Origin: Candidatus Poribacteria bacterium WGA-3G
Lineage (GTDB): Bacteria; Poribacteria; WGA-4E; WGA-3G
Direction: 5' to 3'
NCBI GenBank assembly: GCA_000406005.1
Contig: ASZN01000008.1
Coordinates: 19,327 to 83,326, forward strand
Length of the DNA stretch: 64,000 nucleotides
Shown here: piece after piece, positions 24,068 through 33,002 of the stretch
How the letters are laid out: each line of letters begins with the position of its first letter
Numbering within the stretch: position 1 is the first letter of the stretch
Program-made: the position numbers and the translations under genes
Notes under the pieces: model-generated
Seen by the model: the letters and a program-made list of their open reading frames with translations, nothing else
Database searches by the model: none
What the model was told of the DNA's origin: nothing

Positions 24068-25816
24068 TCATGCCGTCGCATTGATTAAGCCACGAACCCT
24101 TTTAAGGATCGCTTTGGCATCTACCTCATCGGAAACCAGGGCAGTCAGCAGTGCCTCCGCTTCTCTGACGGTATGATCTTTCAAAATACTCAGTGCCAAC
24201 CCATCTTCAACACGCATCGGATACAAAGCGTTTCTTATGAGACACCGCTCGTAGCGCGTGTTCATACTCAACAGAACCGACTTGTATTTCAGGATCTCCG
24301 CTTCTTCCGATGCCAACGCCTGTGTAGGCGTGAACACATTCAAAAGTCTGTTCGGATTCATAAGCCGCTTTTTCCGATGCAGTTCCTCGAACAGCTCCAT
24401 AATCCGTCGCGCAGTCTTATCCCAGGTGAACGATACCGCCCGTTCTCTTGCCTTCCGAGCAAGCGTCTCACGCATCTCAGTATCACTGATTAACGCGTTA
24501 ATCTTTTCGGAAAAATTTATTGGACACGGGTAGCTTACAAGCGTCGCTATGTCTTGGTCGAAATTCTCGGCATCCGCAATCAACCCAGCATCCGCGACAA
24601 CCGACGGAACGCCATCGAAATTCGGGACGACAGGCGGCACGCCACACGCCATCGCCTCAAGCACCGTCAACCCGAACGTCTCCTCGCCTGACATCGACAG
24701 AAAACAGTAGACATCAAACGCGTTGTAGATCACCGGTAGTTTTTCACGTGGATGGAAGCCGACATACACAAGGTTCTCAGGTAGCTGCCGCGACGCGTAT
24801 CTACCGAGACCTGGTCCCGCAATCAAGAAAAGCAGATGCGGATTCAGTTCCGCCAACTTTAAATAGACGGATGCTCCTTTCTCTGATTGCACGCGTGAGA
24901 GATAACCGACAGTCGGCATGGTTTCAATACGCGCATCTCCGACCGCTTCAGCAATTTCCCGCTTCGCTGCTGTTTTGTCCATCGGTTGAAACAACTCCGA
25001 ATCGACACCGTTAGTCAACGTGTTGAAGAAACTCGGATCCCAGACATAATCCGAATAAAAGTCCCGGACATAATCCGATGGTGCCGTAAAACCGTCACAA
25101 TCCCGCATCGCCGCGTAATGTCGTAAAAGGGAGTTGATAGCACCGCCACCGTGTCCGCGCGGCGCATGACACTGTACCAGAATCGGAGGGAGTTCGCTCT
25201 CTTGGTAAAGCGGGAAAAGCCACCTCTCATGCTCCTGATGTAGCGTGAGAATACCGAAGTATGTTTCACCAATTCTCCGACTCAGACGATTGAAGTCGCG
25301 CACATTCATATTGACCTCATACATACACTCGGCTAACTTCCGATTTTGTTTACCAGCAAAATATAGGTCTACGTAGTTGATGAGGTGATGAAACATGTAA
25401 GAGAGTGCCATGTTCGTGCCAGCAGATAACGTTTCAATATCAAAAAATGAATCTACAGCGATCCCCGGAATAGCGACAAGTAACTTGCGCTGTTGATGCT
25501 CCGTGACGAAAGTCGTCCTGAGACCTTCGCCGCGATTGAAGAGCAGTCCTTGCCCATCAAGTGCCGCGAACCTCTCAAACGCCTCAAAAATGTCATCATC
25601 CGGATAAGAATTTTTGAGTGTCTGCTGGATTTCTTGATCGTTCTGCGTCTCCACAAACTTCAACATCTCTGCCATCACAACTGACAGCTCAACAATGCGG
25701 GCTTTCTCGAGGTCCGCTGCATAAAGCACCTCGTCCTCTTCAAAGATATGTAGGGGATGCAAGGTTTTTGGAAAAAAATCTTTCACTGTTATTCTCCAAG
25801 CTTTCGTCAGGGCCAT
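24068..25816 (-). CDS. Glycosyltransferase family 4 (GT-B) with a long N-terminal extension
   Basis: The C-terminal half carries EETFGLTVLEAMACGVPPVV, the GT4 E-x7-E region. The start is uncertain (ATG 25816 or GTG 25786), because ATG 25816 lies inside a terminal inverted repeat of an inserted element. Confidence 0.8.
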   Translation of the reverse strand: MALTKAWRITVKDFFPKTLHPLHIFEEDEVLYAADLEKARIVELSVVMAEMLKFVETQNDQEIQQTLKNSYPDDDIFEAFERFAALDGQGLLFNRGEGLRTTFVTEHQQRKLLVAIPGIAVDSFFDIETLSAGTNMALSYMFHHLINYVDLYFAGKQNRKLAECMYEVNMNVRDFNRLSRRIGETYFGILTLHQEHERWLFPLYQESELPPILVQCHAPRGHGGGAINSLLRHYAAMRDCDGFTAPSDYVRDFYSDYVWDPSFFNTLTNGVDSELFQPMDKTAAKREIAEAVGDARIETMPTVGYLSRVQSEKGASVYLKLAELNPHLLFLIAGPGLGRYASRQLPENLVYVGFHPREKLPVIYNAFDVYCFLSMSGEETFGLTVLEAMACGVPPVVPNFDGVPSVVADAGLIADAENFDQDIATLVSYPCPINFSEKINALISDTEMRETLARKARERAVSFTWDKTARRIMELFEELHRKKRLMNPNRLLNVFTPTQALASEEAEILKYKSVLLSMNTRYERCLIRNALYPMRVEDGLALSILKDHTVREAEALLTALVSDEVDAKAILKRVRGLINATA

Positions 25817-25951
25817 TTAGTTTTCGGTTTTGATTTTGATTTTCGTTTACATAAGTTGACGTTTTCTTATGAAAGATCGCGAGCACAGCTCGCTCCTACA
25901 GAAGAGACTATGCACAGATATAAAGTGAATGTGTAAAACTAAATGGCCCTG
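25808..25951. repeat. 144-bp element bounded by 13-bp perfect inverted repeats CAGGGCCATTTAG/CTAAATGGCCCTG, carrying a GCGAGC..GCTCGC-CTACAGAAG unit
   Basis: Flanked by direct GCTTTCGTC (25800-25808 and 25955-25963). An inverted, related copy lies at ~53565-53685. Confidence 0.6.
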
Positions 25952-25982
25952 AGGCTTTCGTCTCGTTAAGTTGATAAAATTT

Positions 25983-26147
25983 TCTGCGTACTAACTTTTC
26001 ACCCTTCATAACCTAAAGACACACTTATTGGCGAAAAAGGTGCATATTGCTAAAAAAATCTTAAATCTGCGTACTAACTTTTCATCCTTCATAACCTAAA
26101 GACACACTTATTGGCGAAAAAGGTGCATACTGCTAAAAAAAATCTCA
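25983..26147. repeat. Tandem duplication, 2 x 83 bp, upstream of the sigma-fusion gene
   Basis: TCTGCGTACTAACTTTTCA(C/T)CCTTCATAACCTAAAGACACACTTATTGGCGAAAAAGGTGCATA(T/C)TGCTAAAAAAATC occurs at 25983 and 26066. Confidence 0.85.
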
Positions 26148-26231
26148 GAGAACAAATGCGTTTTATGCTACAATTACTACTAAAGTTTGGACAATTTGCA
26201 TGCTGCGGTTTAAAAAAATAAGGAGAATTTG

Positions 26232-29126
26232 ATGGTAGACGACAACGTTCAACTGATTCGTAGAATTTTATCTGGCGATGACGAGGCTTTCAGTATATTA
26301 ATGCGGAAACACCAAAAAGGTGTTCATGCCCTTATATGGCGGAAAATTGAGGATTTTCACGTTGCAGAGGAAATCACCCAAGACACCTTTATCCAAGTCT
26401 ACAAAAAACTGGGGACATTAGAGGATCCAAACCGATTTGAAGGATGGCTTTATGTTATTGCGAATCGACGCTGCATTAATTGGATAAAGCGGAATAAAGC
26501 TAAAATGAACAAATTGAATATGCAATCCTTAGAAGCTACACGTCCAGAAGAGATTGAAGAAGCCTTCTACGTACATTATATATCGCATCAGCGTGAAGTT
26601 GAGAACACTCAGCGGCGACAAAATCTTGCCAAAAGGCTCCTACAGCAGCTACCGGAAAGTGAACGCACCGTTGTGACGCTTCACTATCTCGGTAAAATGA
26701 CAGCGAAGGAGATCAGCAAATTCTTAGGTGTATCGGTGAATACAATTAAGAGCCGACTTCGCCGTGCCCGCAAGCGTTTACAACAACAAGAAACATTGGT
26801 CCGCGAAACGCTTAACGGGGTCCAATTGTCTGACCATCTCATTGAGAATGTCATGCGACACATTGCCGACCTGAATCCGACACCAACACCCCCTGCTAAG
26901 AAACCTTTACTCCCTTGGGCAGCTTTCGGTGCAGCAGTGGTATTGGTGATCCTCCTCGGCATGGGCAGTCAATACTTACTCCGGTTTCAGCAGCCATATA
27001 GTTTTGACGCACAATCTGAACCTACCGTTGAACTCGTTGATGAACCTATCCTCATTGATAGTGTCGCAAGACCTGATGTGCGAAATCAGATCGGCAGAAC
27101 AATCATTCCCGGTAAAAACAGTGGGGCTGGTATGCAAACCTCACAGACCTCCCTCACAACAAACGCATGGGACGAAGATGCCGCCAAATTTTCCGCTTTA
27201 CAGTGGACACAATCAACCGGACCGAAAGGCAGCGTTGTCTATGACATTTTTAAAGCCGCAGATGGAACGATCTACGCTGCCGCAAAAACGGGTCTCTATA
27301 GGTTGACCCCTAACGCAACATGGGTGCTTATTAACGCCGATATACCGACCGGACAGTACCGAGTGCCGATAACAGAACACCAAGGCACCCTCTATACTGT
27401 TTCCACTGATGAGGTGCTCGCTTCAGAAGATGGCGGTGATACGTGGAACCCGCTTGGACAGCGTCCTGAAGGTGTCGCCAGTGGACTCATCGTCACCGGG
27501 GCAAGCGAGAAACACAATCCACAAGCAAACACAGTGCTGTATCTTGCACTTCAAGAGAAGGGGATCTTTCGATCAACCGATGCTGGTCGGCAGTGGATGC
27601 TCTTAAACAACGGATTGGCAGGAAAACGGATTTATACAGTTGCTGCAATCGGAAACACGCTATTCGCTGGCACAAACCGCGGACTCTATCGCCTCGGTTC
27701 AAATAACTGGCAACAGTTGCTCACTGACCTATCTGGTGCCGTTTACGCCTTGACCATTGATGAAAACAACCTCTATGTCGGAATCGCGCCTGATGTTGTC
27801 TACTCGGAGTCCAGTAAATCATTTCCAAACATACCGACCCCTGAAACATCAGAAAAAAAGGTTTTCCACTCAGCAGATCTTGGAGCGTCGTGGACTGAAA
27901 TAACACCTACAGATGAATCTCAAGTGATAAACCTCGCTTCTGCTATACATATCCTGGCTGCAGGAAAAACGCTCTTCGTTCTCGGCATATCGGACTTTCG
28001 ATCCTTCGATGGTGGGAAAACTTGGAACCACCTCAGATCTAACATCAATTCATATATGGCCCCCAGATTCCCAGCTATCGCTATTGATGAAAAAACATTT
28101 TACAAAGCCGATGCCTTCGGTGTCAGCCGCACAACCGATGCTGGTGCGTCCTGGCATCCGTTTGTAAACGGGATGACGGGTCCGATCACACATGACTCGC
28201 TCGCCGTAAATAATAGACTCTATATGCATATTGGTGGAGACCTCGTCCAGTCAACTGATGGCGGTGAAAGTTGGAATAGTGCTCACTTCAATACGCAAGA
28301 TCAAACACTGCAATTAGATACCGATTTTTATGCGAATATCAAACTGACGATTGCCCATAATACCCTCTATGCCATTTCAATTCACGAGGGCAAACCGAGT
28401 ATTTTTCGTTCATCCGCTGCGGGCGATAAACTCATCTCCATTCAAGGTATCCCCGCTTTTGAAGCCGAGACAGTATTAGACAATAACACTGTCCCATCGT
28501 ATATGTTCCGTCTACTTAAAAAGAAAGACACAAGAATTGGAGCCTTCGTTGTCGGTGGTGGGGCATTTTACGCTGAATATAGGCAGCGACTTTTCAAATG
28601 GAGACCCGGTGATCCCGAATGGACAGACACAGGATTCGTTGATATTGGCTCGGAATCTACATTGGCTGTTTCAGGTGAAACCGTCTACGCTGGTCAATCG
28701 AATGGAAAATTGTTTCAATCTATTGACAGTGGAAACAACTGGAAAGACATTACCTCAACGCTGCCGATCCGCGTTGCGTATTTCAAAGAGATTACCTTCG
28801 CAGGTTCAACGATTTGTCTCGCAACGGATAAAGGTGTCTTGATCTCACAAACTGGAGAACACTGGCAGTTCATCACCGATAAAACCGGTATGCCCACTGT
28901 TATAGACAGGTTCGCTGTAGATGGCACTACCACCATCTACGGGGTCAGCGATAGCGGTGCCTATCGCTTAGACGCTGATAGCAAGTGGGAACTGCTTTCT
29001 TCAGAGGTTCCCAGCAGAATTCAATCCCTCGTTACCGGCAACGGTCGACTTTACGTTGGAACTCGCGATCACGGCATGTTCCACATCTCGCTTGAAGAAC
29101 AAATGGGTATAGCAAATGCGTTCTAA
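26232..29126 (+). CDS. ECF-type sigma-70 factor fused via one TM helix to a large extracytoplasmic BNR/Asp-box beta-propeller
   Basis: Sigma region 2 (DAFSILMRKHQKGVHALIWRKIEDFHVAEEITQDTFIQVY...ANRRCINWIKR) and region 4 (ERTVVTLHYLGKMTAKEISKFLGVSVNTIKSRLRRARKRL). TM helix LLPWAAFGAAVVLVILLGMG. Seven S-x-D-x-G-x-(T/S)-W boxes follow (SEDGGDTW, STDAGRQW, SADLGASW, SFDGGKTW, TTDAGASW, STDGGESW, SIDSGNNW). ATG 26232 follows AAGGAG. Confidence 0.8.
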   Translation: MVDDNVQLIRRILSGDDEAFSILMRKHQKGVHALIWRKIEDFHVAEEITQDTFIQVYKKLGTLEDPNRFEGWLYVIANRRCINWIKRNKAKMNKLNMQSLEATRPEEIEEAFYVHYISHQREVENTQRRQNLAKRLLQQLPESERTVVTLHYLGKMTAKEISKFLGVSVNTIKSRLRRARKRLQQQETLVRETLNGVQLSDHLIENVMRHIADLNPTPTPPAKKPLLPWAAFGAAVVLVILLGMGSQYLLRFQQPYSFDAQSEPTVELVDEPILIDSVARPDVRNQIGRTIIPGKNSGAGMQTSQTSLTTNAWDEDAAKFSALQWTQSTGPKGSVVYDIFKAADGTIYAAAKTGLYRLTPNATWVLINADIPTGQYRVPITEHQGTLYTVSTDEVLASEDGGDTWNPLGQRPEGVASGLIVTGASEKHNPQANTVLYLALQEKGIFRSTDAGRQWMLLNNGLAGKRIYTVAAIGNTLFAGTNRGLYRLGSNNWQQLLTDLSGAVYALTIDENNLYVGIAPDVVYSESSKSFPNIPTPETSEKKVFHSADLGASWTEITPTDESQVINLASAIHILAAGKTLFVLGISDFRSFDGGKTWNHLRSNINSYMAPRFPAIAIDEKTFYKADAFGVSRTTDAGASWHPFVNGMTGPITHDSLAVNNRLYMHIGGDLVQSTDGGESWNSAHFNTQDQTLQLDTDFYANIKLTIAHNTLYAISIHEGKPSIFRSSAAGDKLISIQGIPAFEAETVLDNNTVPSYMFRLLKKKDTRIGAFVVGGGAFYAEYRQRLFKWRPGDPEWTDTGFVDIGSESTLAVSGETVYAGQSNGKLFQSIDSGNNWKDITSTLPIRVAYFKEITFAGSTICLATDKGVLISQTGEHWQFITDKTGMPTVIDRFAVDGTTTIYGVSDSGAYRLDADSKWELLSSEVPSRIQSLVTGNGRLYVGTRDHGMFHISLEEQMGIANAF

Positions 29127-29188
29127 TACCATTTCTCAACAGTGTTGTCGCATTACCGCATGTTATGAAACAGGGTGGCATACCGGAA

Positions 29189-29649
29189 CACAGACTAACA
29201 GTCTATGCTACATAAGAGGAAACCAATAAAATCAGAAATGGTATAATTTTCCGAAGATCAGAAATCCAATATCTCACAAAGCAGATAGAATCTTTTGAAC
29301 GTCGAATCTCCGAACTTGAAGCAACCCTTATTATAGTGGATCCTGTAATTACTTATACACTTGCCTCGTTATGTGAACTTGTGAATGTGTGTCTCATGGA
29401 GGCACAGGCTAACGGTCTCCTATGCTACAAGTGTAAACATATTTTCGGATTTTACTATAAAGGCAGTTGAATGCCTCTGGGTCTGGGGTGAGAAAAAATT
29501 GACAAAAAAGGGTGAACGTTTTACAATAGTAGGACTTACGTAATTTTGACCGTAATGCTTGGTTTTAGAGGCAGATGCCGAAAAAACACAGGCATTTGGG
29601 GACACAGGCTAACAGCCTATGCTACAAAAAAGCACGCTGCGTAAGTCCT
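29189..29649. repeat. Cluster of intergenic repeats: three hairpin-CTACA units plus one 119-bp TIR element
   Basis: CACAGACTAACAGTCTATGCTACATAAG (29189-29216), CACAGGCTAACGGTCTCCTATGCTACAAG (29403-29431), CACAGGCTAACAGCCTATGCTACAAAAAAG (29603-29632), and TIRs AGGACTTACG (29531) / GCGTAAGTCCT (29639-29649). Confidence 0.75.
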
Positions 29650-29681
29650 GAATAGATGAAAAAATAGAGGTAGGATACAGA

Positions 29682-30491
29682 ATGCGAATTGCGATATGCA
29701 ACGAGATGTTTGAAGATTGGAAAATTGAAGATGTTTTCACTTACGCCGCTGAACTCGGTTACGATGCGGTTGAGATTGCGCCGTTTACGTTGGCAGACTC
29801 GGTTTTAGATATCAGTGAAACCGAACGGTCGCGTATCCGTAAAGCGGCGGAGGATGCTAAGATAGAAATTGCGGGACTGCACTGGCTGCTTGTCTCGCCG
29901 CCGGGGTTGTACGTTAATCATCCGGATGCCGAGATTCGCGAGGAGACGCGCGATTATTTTTTGGCACTGGTAAACCTTTGTGCCGATTTGGGCGGTGAGG
30001 TGATGGTCATCGGTTCGCCACAGCAACGGAATGTGATGGACCCGCTCAGTTTCGAGGAGGCGTGGGAGTATGCACGTGCAACTTTCTCAGAAAGTGCGGC
30101 ACTGGCAGGTGAGAGAGATGTGATGCTGTGTATGGAACCGTTGTCGAGTGACCAGACAAACTTCATCACGCACCCGGATAAAGCCGTTGAGATGGTGGAG
30201 GCTGTCAATCACCCGAATTTCCAGATAATTTTGGATGTGTGTAGTACCGCGAAAGAAGGGATAGATATGCCGACGCAGATCCGTAAACACGCGCAACACG
30301 TCGCACATTTTCACTCGAATGACGACAACGGATACCTACCGGGTTCTGGCAATGTCGATTATCCACCGATTATTGAGGCACTCAAAGAGATTGACTATAA
30401 GGGGTATGTCTCGACAGAGGTTTTTGATTTCAAACCGGATCCGAAGACGATCGCAAAACGGAGCATTGAATTTGTGAAATCGCTGTTGTAG
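29682..30491 (+). CDS. Sugar phosphate isomerase/epimerase (xylose isomerase-like TIM barrel)
   Basis: Family-typical pattern: GYDAVEI..., LCMEPL, HFHSNDDNGYLPGSGNVDY. Confidence 0.8.
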   Translation: MRIAICNEMFEDWKIEDVFTYAAELGYDAVEIAPFTLADSVLDISETERSRIRKAAEDAKIEIAGLHWLLVSPPGLYVNHPDAEIREETRDYFLALVNLCADLGGEVMVIGSPQQRNVMDPLSFEEAWEYARATFSESAALAGERDVMLCMEPLSSDQTNFITHPDKAVEMVEAVNHPNFQIILDVCSTAKEGIDMPTQIRKHAQHVAHFHSNDDNGYLPGSGNVDYPPIIEALKEIDYKGYVSTEVFDFKPDPKTIAKRSIEFVKSLL

Positions 30492-30500
30492 GAGAGATTG

Positions 30501-32078
30501 ATGGACAAGACTATCCACAAATGCTATACGGGTTATACGACACTCAGAAACGAGATGGGCAGATGGTTGAAGCAGAGCATGCTGCTGGATCCGCCGGGTC
30601 CGAACGATGGCGGCGAGGATGAAGCGAACTACGCCCTTGCATGGTTCCCACACTATCTCATCACGGGTGATGCGGCTGTCCTGAAGCATTTCGATATGCT
30701 GAGGGCGGCACTGCTCGGTTGGGTGAAGCGTGATTGTCTTCACGGTTATGAACCGAAGGCGGAGGCGCATCACGGGACGGAACCCTTTCTGCTTTTTCTA
30801 CCACGCTATATCGGGTTGATGCCTGAAGATGCGGAAGCCACCCACCTGTTGACGGATGCTGCGGAACACATCGGCAATTGGGTGCCTGAGATCCCGCCGT
30901 GGTATGATTACGATCGGGACACGTTTATCGGTTACAACATCGGTAGCCGAGACGTGACGAACGATGAGAAGGACAGATATGAGTTGGCGGAGCATTTCCG
31001 GTTCATCCACATCGCGCTTGCGGCGTATCGTGTGACGGGTGAGGAACGCTATCTGACGTGGGCATTGCGGTATGGGACGAAGCGTGCGGAACGGCTTATT
31101 GCGGCACCGGATCCGATGCCGCTGCTCTGGACACTCGATGGCGAAGGTCTTGATGAAGCTGCGATTGATGCCAAGAATTTACATCGGCTTGTGGCGAGTT
31201 CGCATCACATTCCGAATGATCCACTTGCAGGCATTGAAGTGCTATTGGCTTCTGGTGCCATCTATGCGTTGGGTGATCTCTACCTGCTATCTGGGGAAGA
31301 GATATTTAAAACGGCGGCGAAACGGATTGTAGCGCCGCTTGTAACATCTCTGAGCGATCCGTTTAACGATCCGGCAGCGGCTGCGTTGAGTTACTATCGC
31401 TGGACATTCGAGGATACCTGCTTTGACGCAGCAATCCGATCGGAATTAGCGGGTTTGCCCGATGCGTCGCCTGAGCTGCTGGCGTTGGTTTTTCCGCAAG
31501 AGAACCGTCGTCGTGAACCAGGGGTCGGCAAACGTGCGGATATGGCGTACTGGGGTGAATGGTCTGATGATGGGTCGGTGAAACCGATTCGGGAACCGTC
31601 AACGGCTACGTTGACGCTTGCGTATCAGGTAACCGGTGAGATGACGTATGCGATGCGTGCGTTACGAAGTGCTGGGACACGTTTGGGTATGGCGCGGCGC
31701 GTGCTGCGGGGTGGACGGGAACATGCCGATATGGGCGGCGCGGTCTGCTCAGTCGCGGCAGGCCACGGACGGAATTGGGGACAAGGTGCGGTTACGGCGT
31801 GCTACGGTCCGCTGCTGCTGGGGACGCGTGAGGTCCAAGGCGAAGTTACGCAACTTTTAGAGGTCCAACGCGGTAACGGGAACAGTCATCTGCCGCCGAA
31901 TCTTCTCTCTCTGGTGCGTCCTATTTTTGGAAGTCAAGATGGGCGTGCGGAAGCGGTTTTCTATAATGGGGGTGACGCGTCGCTCACGTTTTCGTGGCGG
32001 TTCCGAAGTGGAGACGAGGCATCTGCGTGGCATAAGGAGACGCTTGCGGCATATGAAACGCAGAAGCGGATTTTGTAA
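30501..32078 (+). CDS. Hypothetical protein (helix-rich, possibly alpha/alpha-toroid-like), co-oriented 6-10 nt after the isomerase gene
   Basis: Long uninterrupted ORF with coding-like composition. ATG at 30501 follows the TTG at 30498. I could not recognise a diagnostic motif. Confidence 0.6.
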   Translation: MDKTIHKCYTGYTTLRNEMGRWLKQSMLLDPPGPNDGGEDEANYALAWFPHYLITGDAAVLKHFDMLRAALLGWVKRDCLHGYEPKAEAHHGTEPFLLFLPRYIGLMPEDAEATHLLTDAAEHIGNWVPEIPPWYDYDRDTFIGYNIGSRDVTNDEKDRYELAEHFRFIHIALAAYRVTGEERYLTWALRYGTKRAERLIAAPDPMPLLWTLDGEGLDEAAIDAKNLHRLVASSHHIPNDPLAGIEVLLASGAIYALGDLYLLSGEEIFKTAAKRIVAPLVTSLSDPFNDPAAAALSYYRWTFEDTCFDAAIRSELAGLPDASPELLALVFPQENRRREPGVGKRADMAYWGEWSDDGSVKPIREPSTATLTLAYQVTGEMTYAMRALRSAGTRLGMARRVLRGGREHADMGGAVCSVAAGHGRNWGQGAVTACYGPLLLGTREVQGEVTQLLEVQRGNGNSHLPPNLLSLVRPIFGSQDGRAEAVFYNGGDASLTFSWRFRSGDEASAWHKETLAAYETQKRIL

Positions 32079-32084
32079 CATACT

Positions 32085-32891
32085 CTAATCACCAAAGTTT
32101 TGGGCAACGAGTGTGAGATCAAGGATGTTAACGGTGCCGTCGCCGTTCACATCAGCCTCTGCGTTTGTCCCTCCAAAATGTGCGGCGACAAAGGTCAGGT
32201 CTAAGATGTTGATGACACCGTCTGCGTTCACGTCATAAGGTTTTTCGGGTGTGACCAGCGTGAAGTTGGTTAATTCAAAGACGATATCTTGACTCGTTTC
32301 AAATTTAACGGGTCCGATGTCCGGCGCGAGCCACTGGTAGGCGGTAGAGCGACTTGCCCCTAACGCAGCGGTGGTTTTTGTATTTATCCGAATTTTCAGG
32401 CAGTTCTCAAACGTGCCTGCTGGTGTCGCTATATCTTCTATCGCGACGACTTCGTTCACGCTGGAGACTTTGACGTTGCCTACGAGATATATGTCTGCTT
32501 CTCCGAGTGTTTCCCATATTTCTCCGAGTTGGAGGATCGGTGGGAAAAAGATGGCAGGCGGCGAGAATTCCATATTCGCTGTGCCGAAAATAGGTCCAAG
32601 TTCTGCGGCAAGTTTATGGAGTTTCATTCCCTCCTCATCTATCTCAACAAGGAATGTGTTCGTCTCCATTGAAGTTGTCCCTAACGCTTCCGTTATAATC
32701 TTGAGCGTGCGGAAGTTTTTACTACTGCCCTCTTCGTTTGGTGCCTCAAGTGTGTAAGTTGCGCGTTCAGCACCGTCTTGGCTCTCCAGAACCCAAGTAT
32801 TTCCAATCTCTGCAGGATAGTAGTTCTGTGCGGACGTTGTACTAACGCTAACACAGAGCAGTCCGATGAGCAATATGGTGTTTCTAACCAT
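32085..32891 (-). CDS. Secreted protein: conserved N-terminal domain plus C-terminal dockerin-type repeat pair
   Basis: Signal peptide ...VSTTSAQ. AQNYYPAEIGNTWVLESQDG... is shared with 33003..34769 and 35162..36118. C-terminal DVNADGVINILDLTFVAAHFG...DVNGDGTVNILDLTLVAQNFG (dockerin type I-like Ca-binding repeats). Confidence 0.8.
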   Translation of the reverse strand: MVRNTILLIGLLCVSVSTTSAQNYYPAEIGNTWVLESQDGAERATYTLEAPNEEGSSKNFRTLKIITEALGTTSMETNTFLVEIDEEGMKLHKLAAELGPIFGTANMEFSPPAIFFPPILQLGEIWETLGEADIYLVGNVKVSSVNEVVAIEDIATPAGTFENCLKIRINTKTTAALGASRSTAYQWLAPDIGPVKFETSQDIVFELTNFTLVTPEKPYDVNADGVINILDLTFVAAHFGGTNAEADVNGDGTVNILDLTLVAQNFGD

Positions 32892-33002
32892 TTGATTCCT
32901 CTTTGTTTAGATGCGACGCTGTTGTTAACCGGTTATAGTTTGCTAAAAAACGCCTTGATGGTTATATCAAGGCGTTTTTTATCGTGTTGGTATTTATGTC
33001 TC

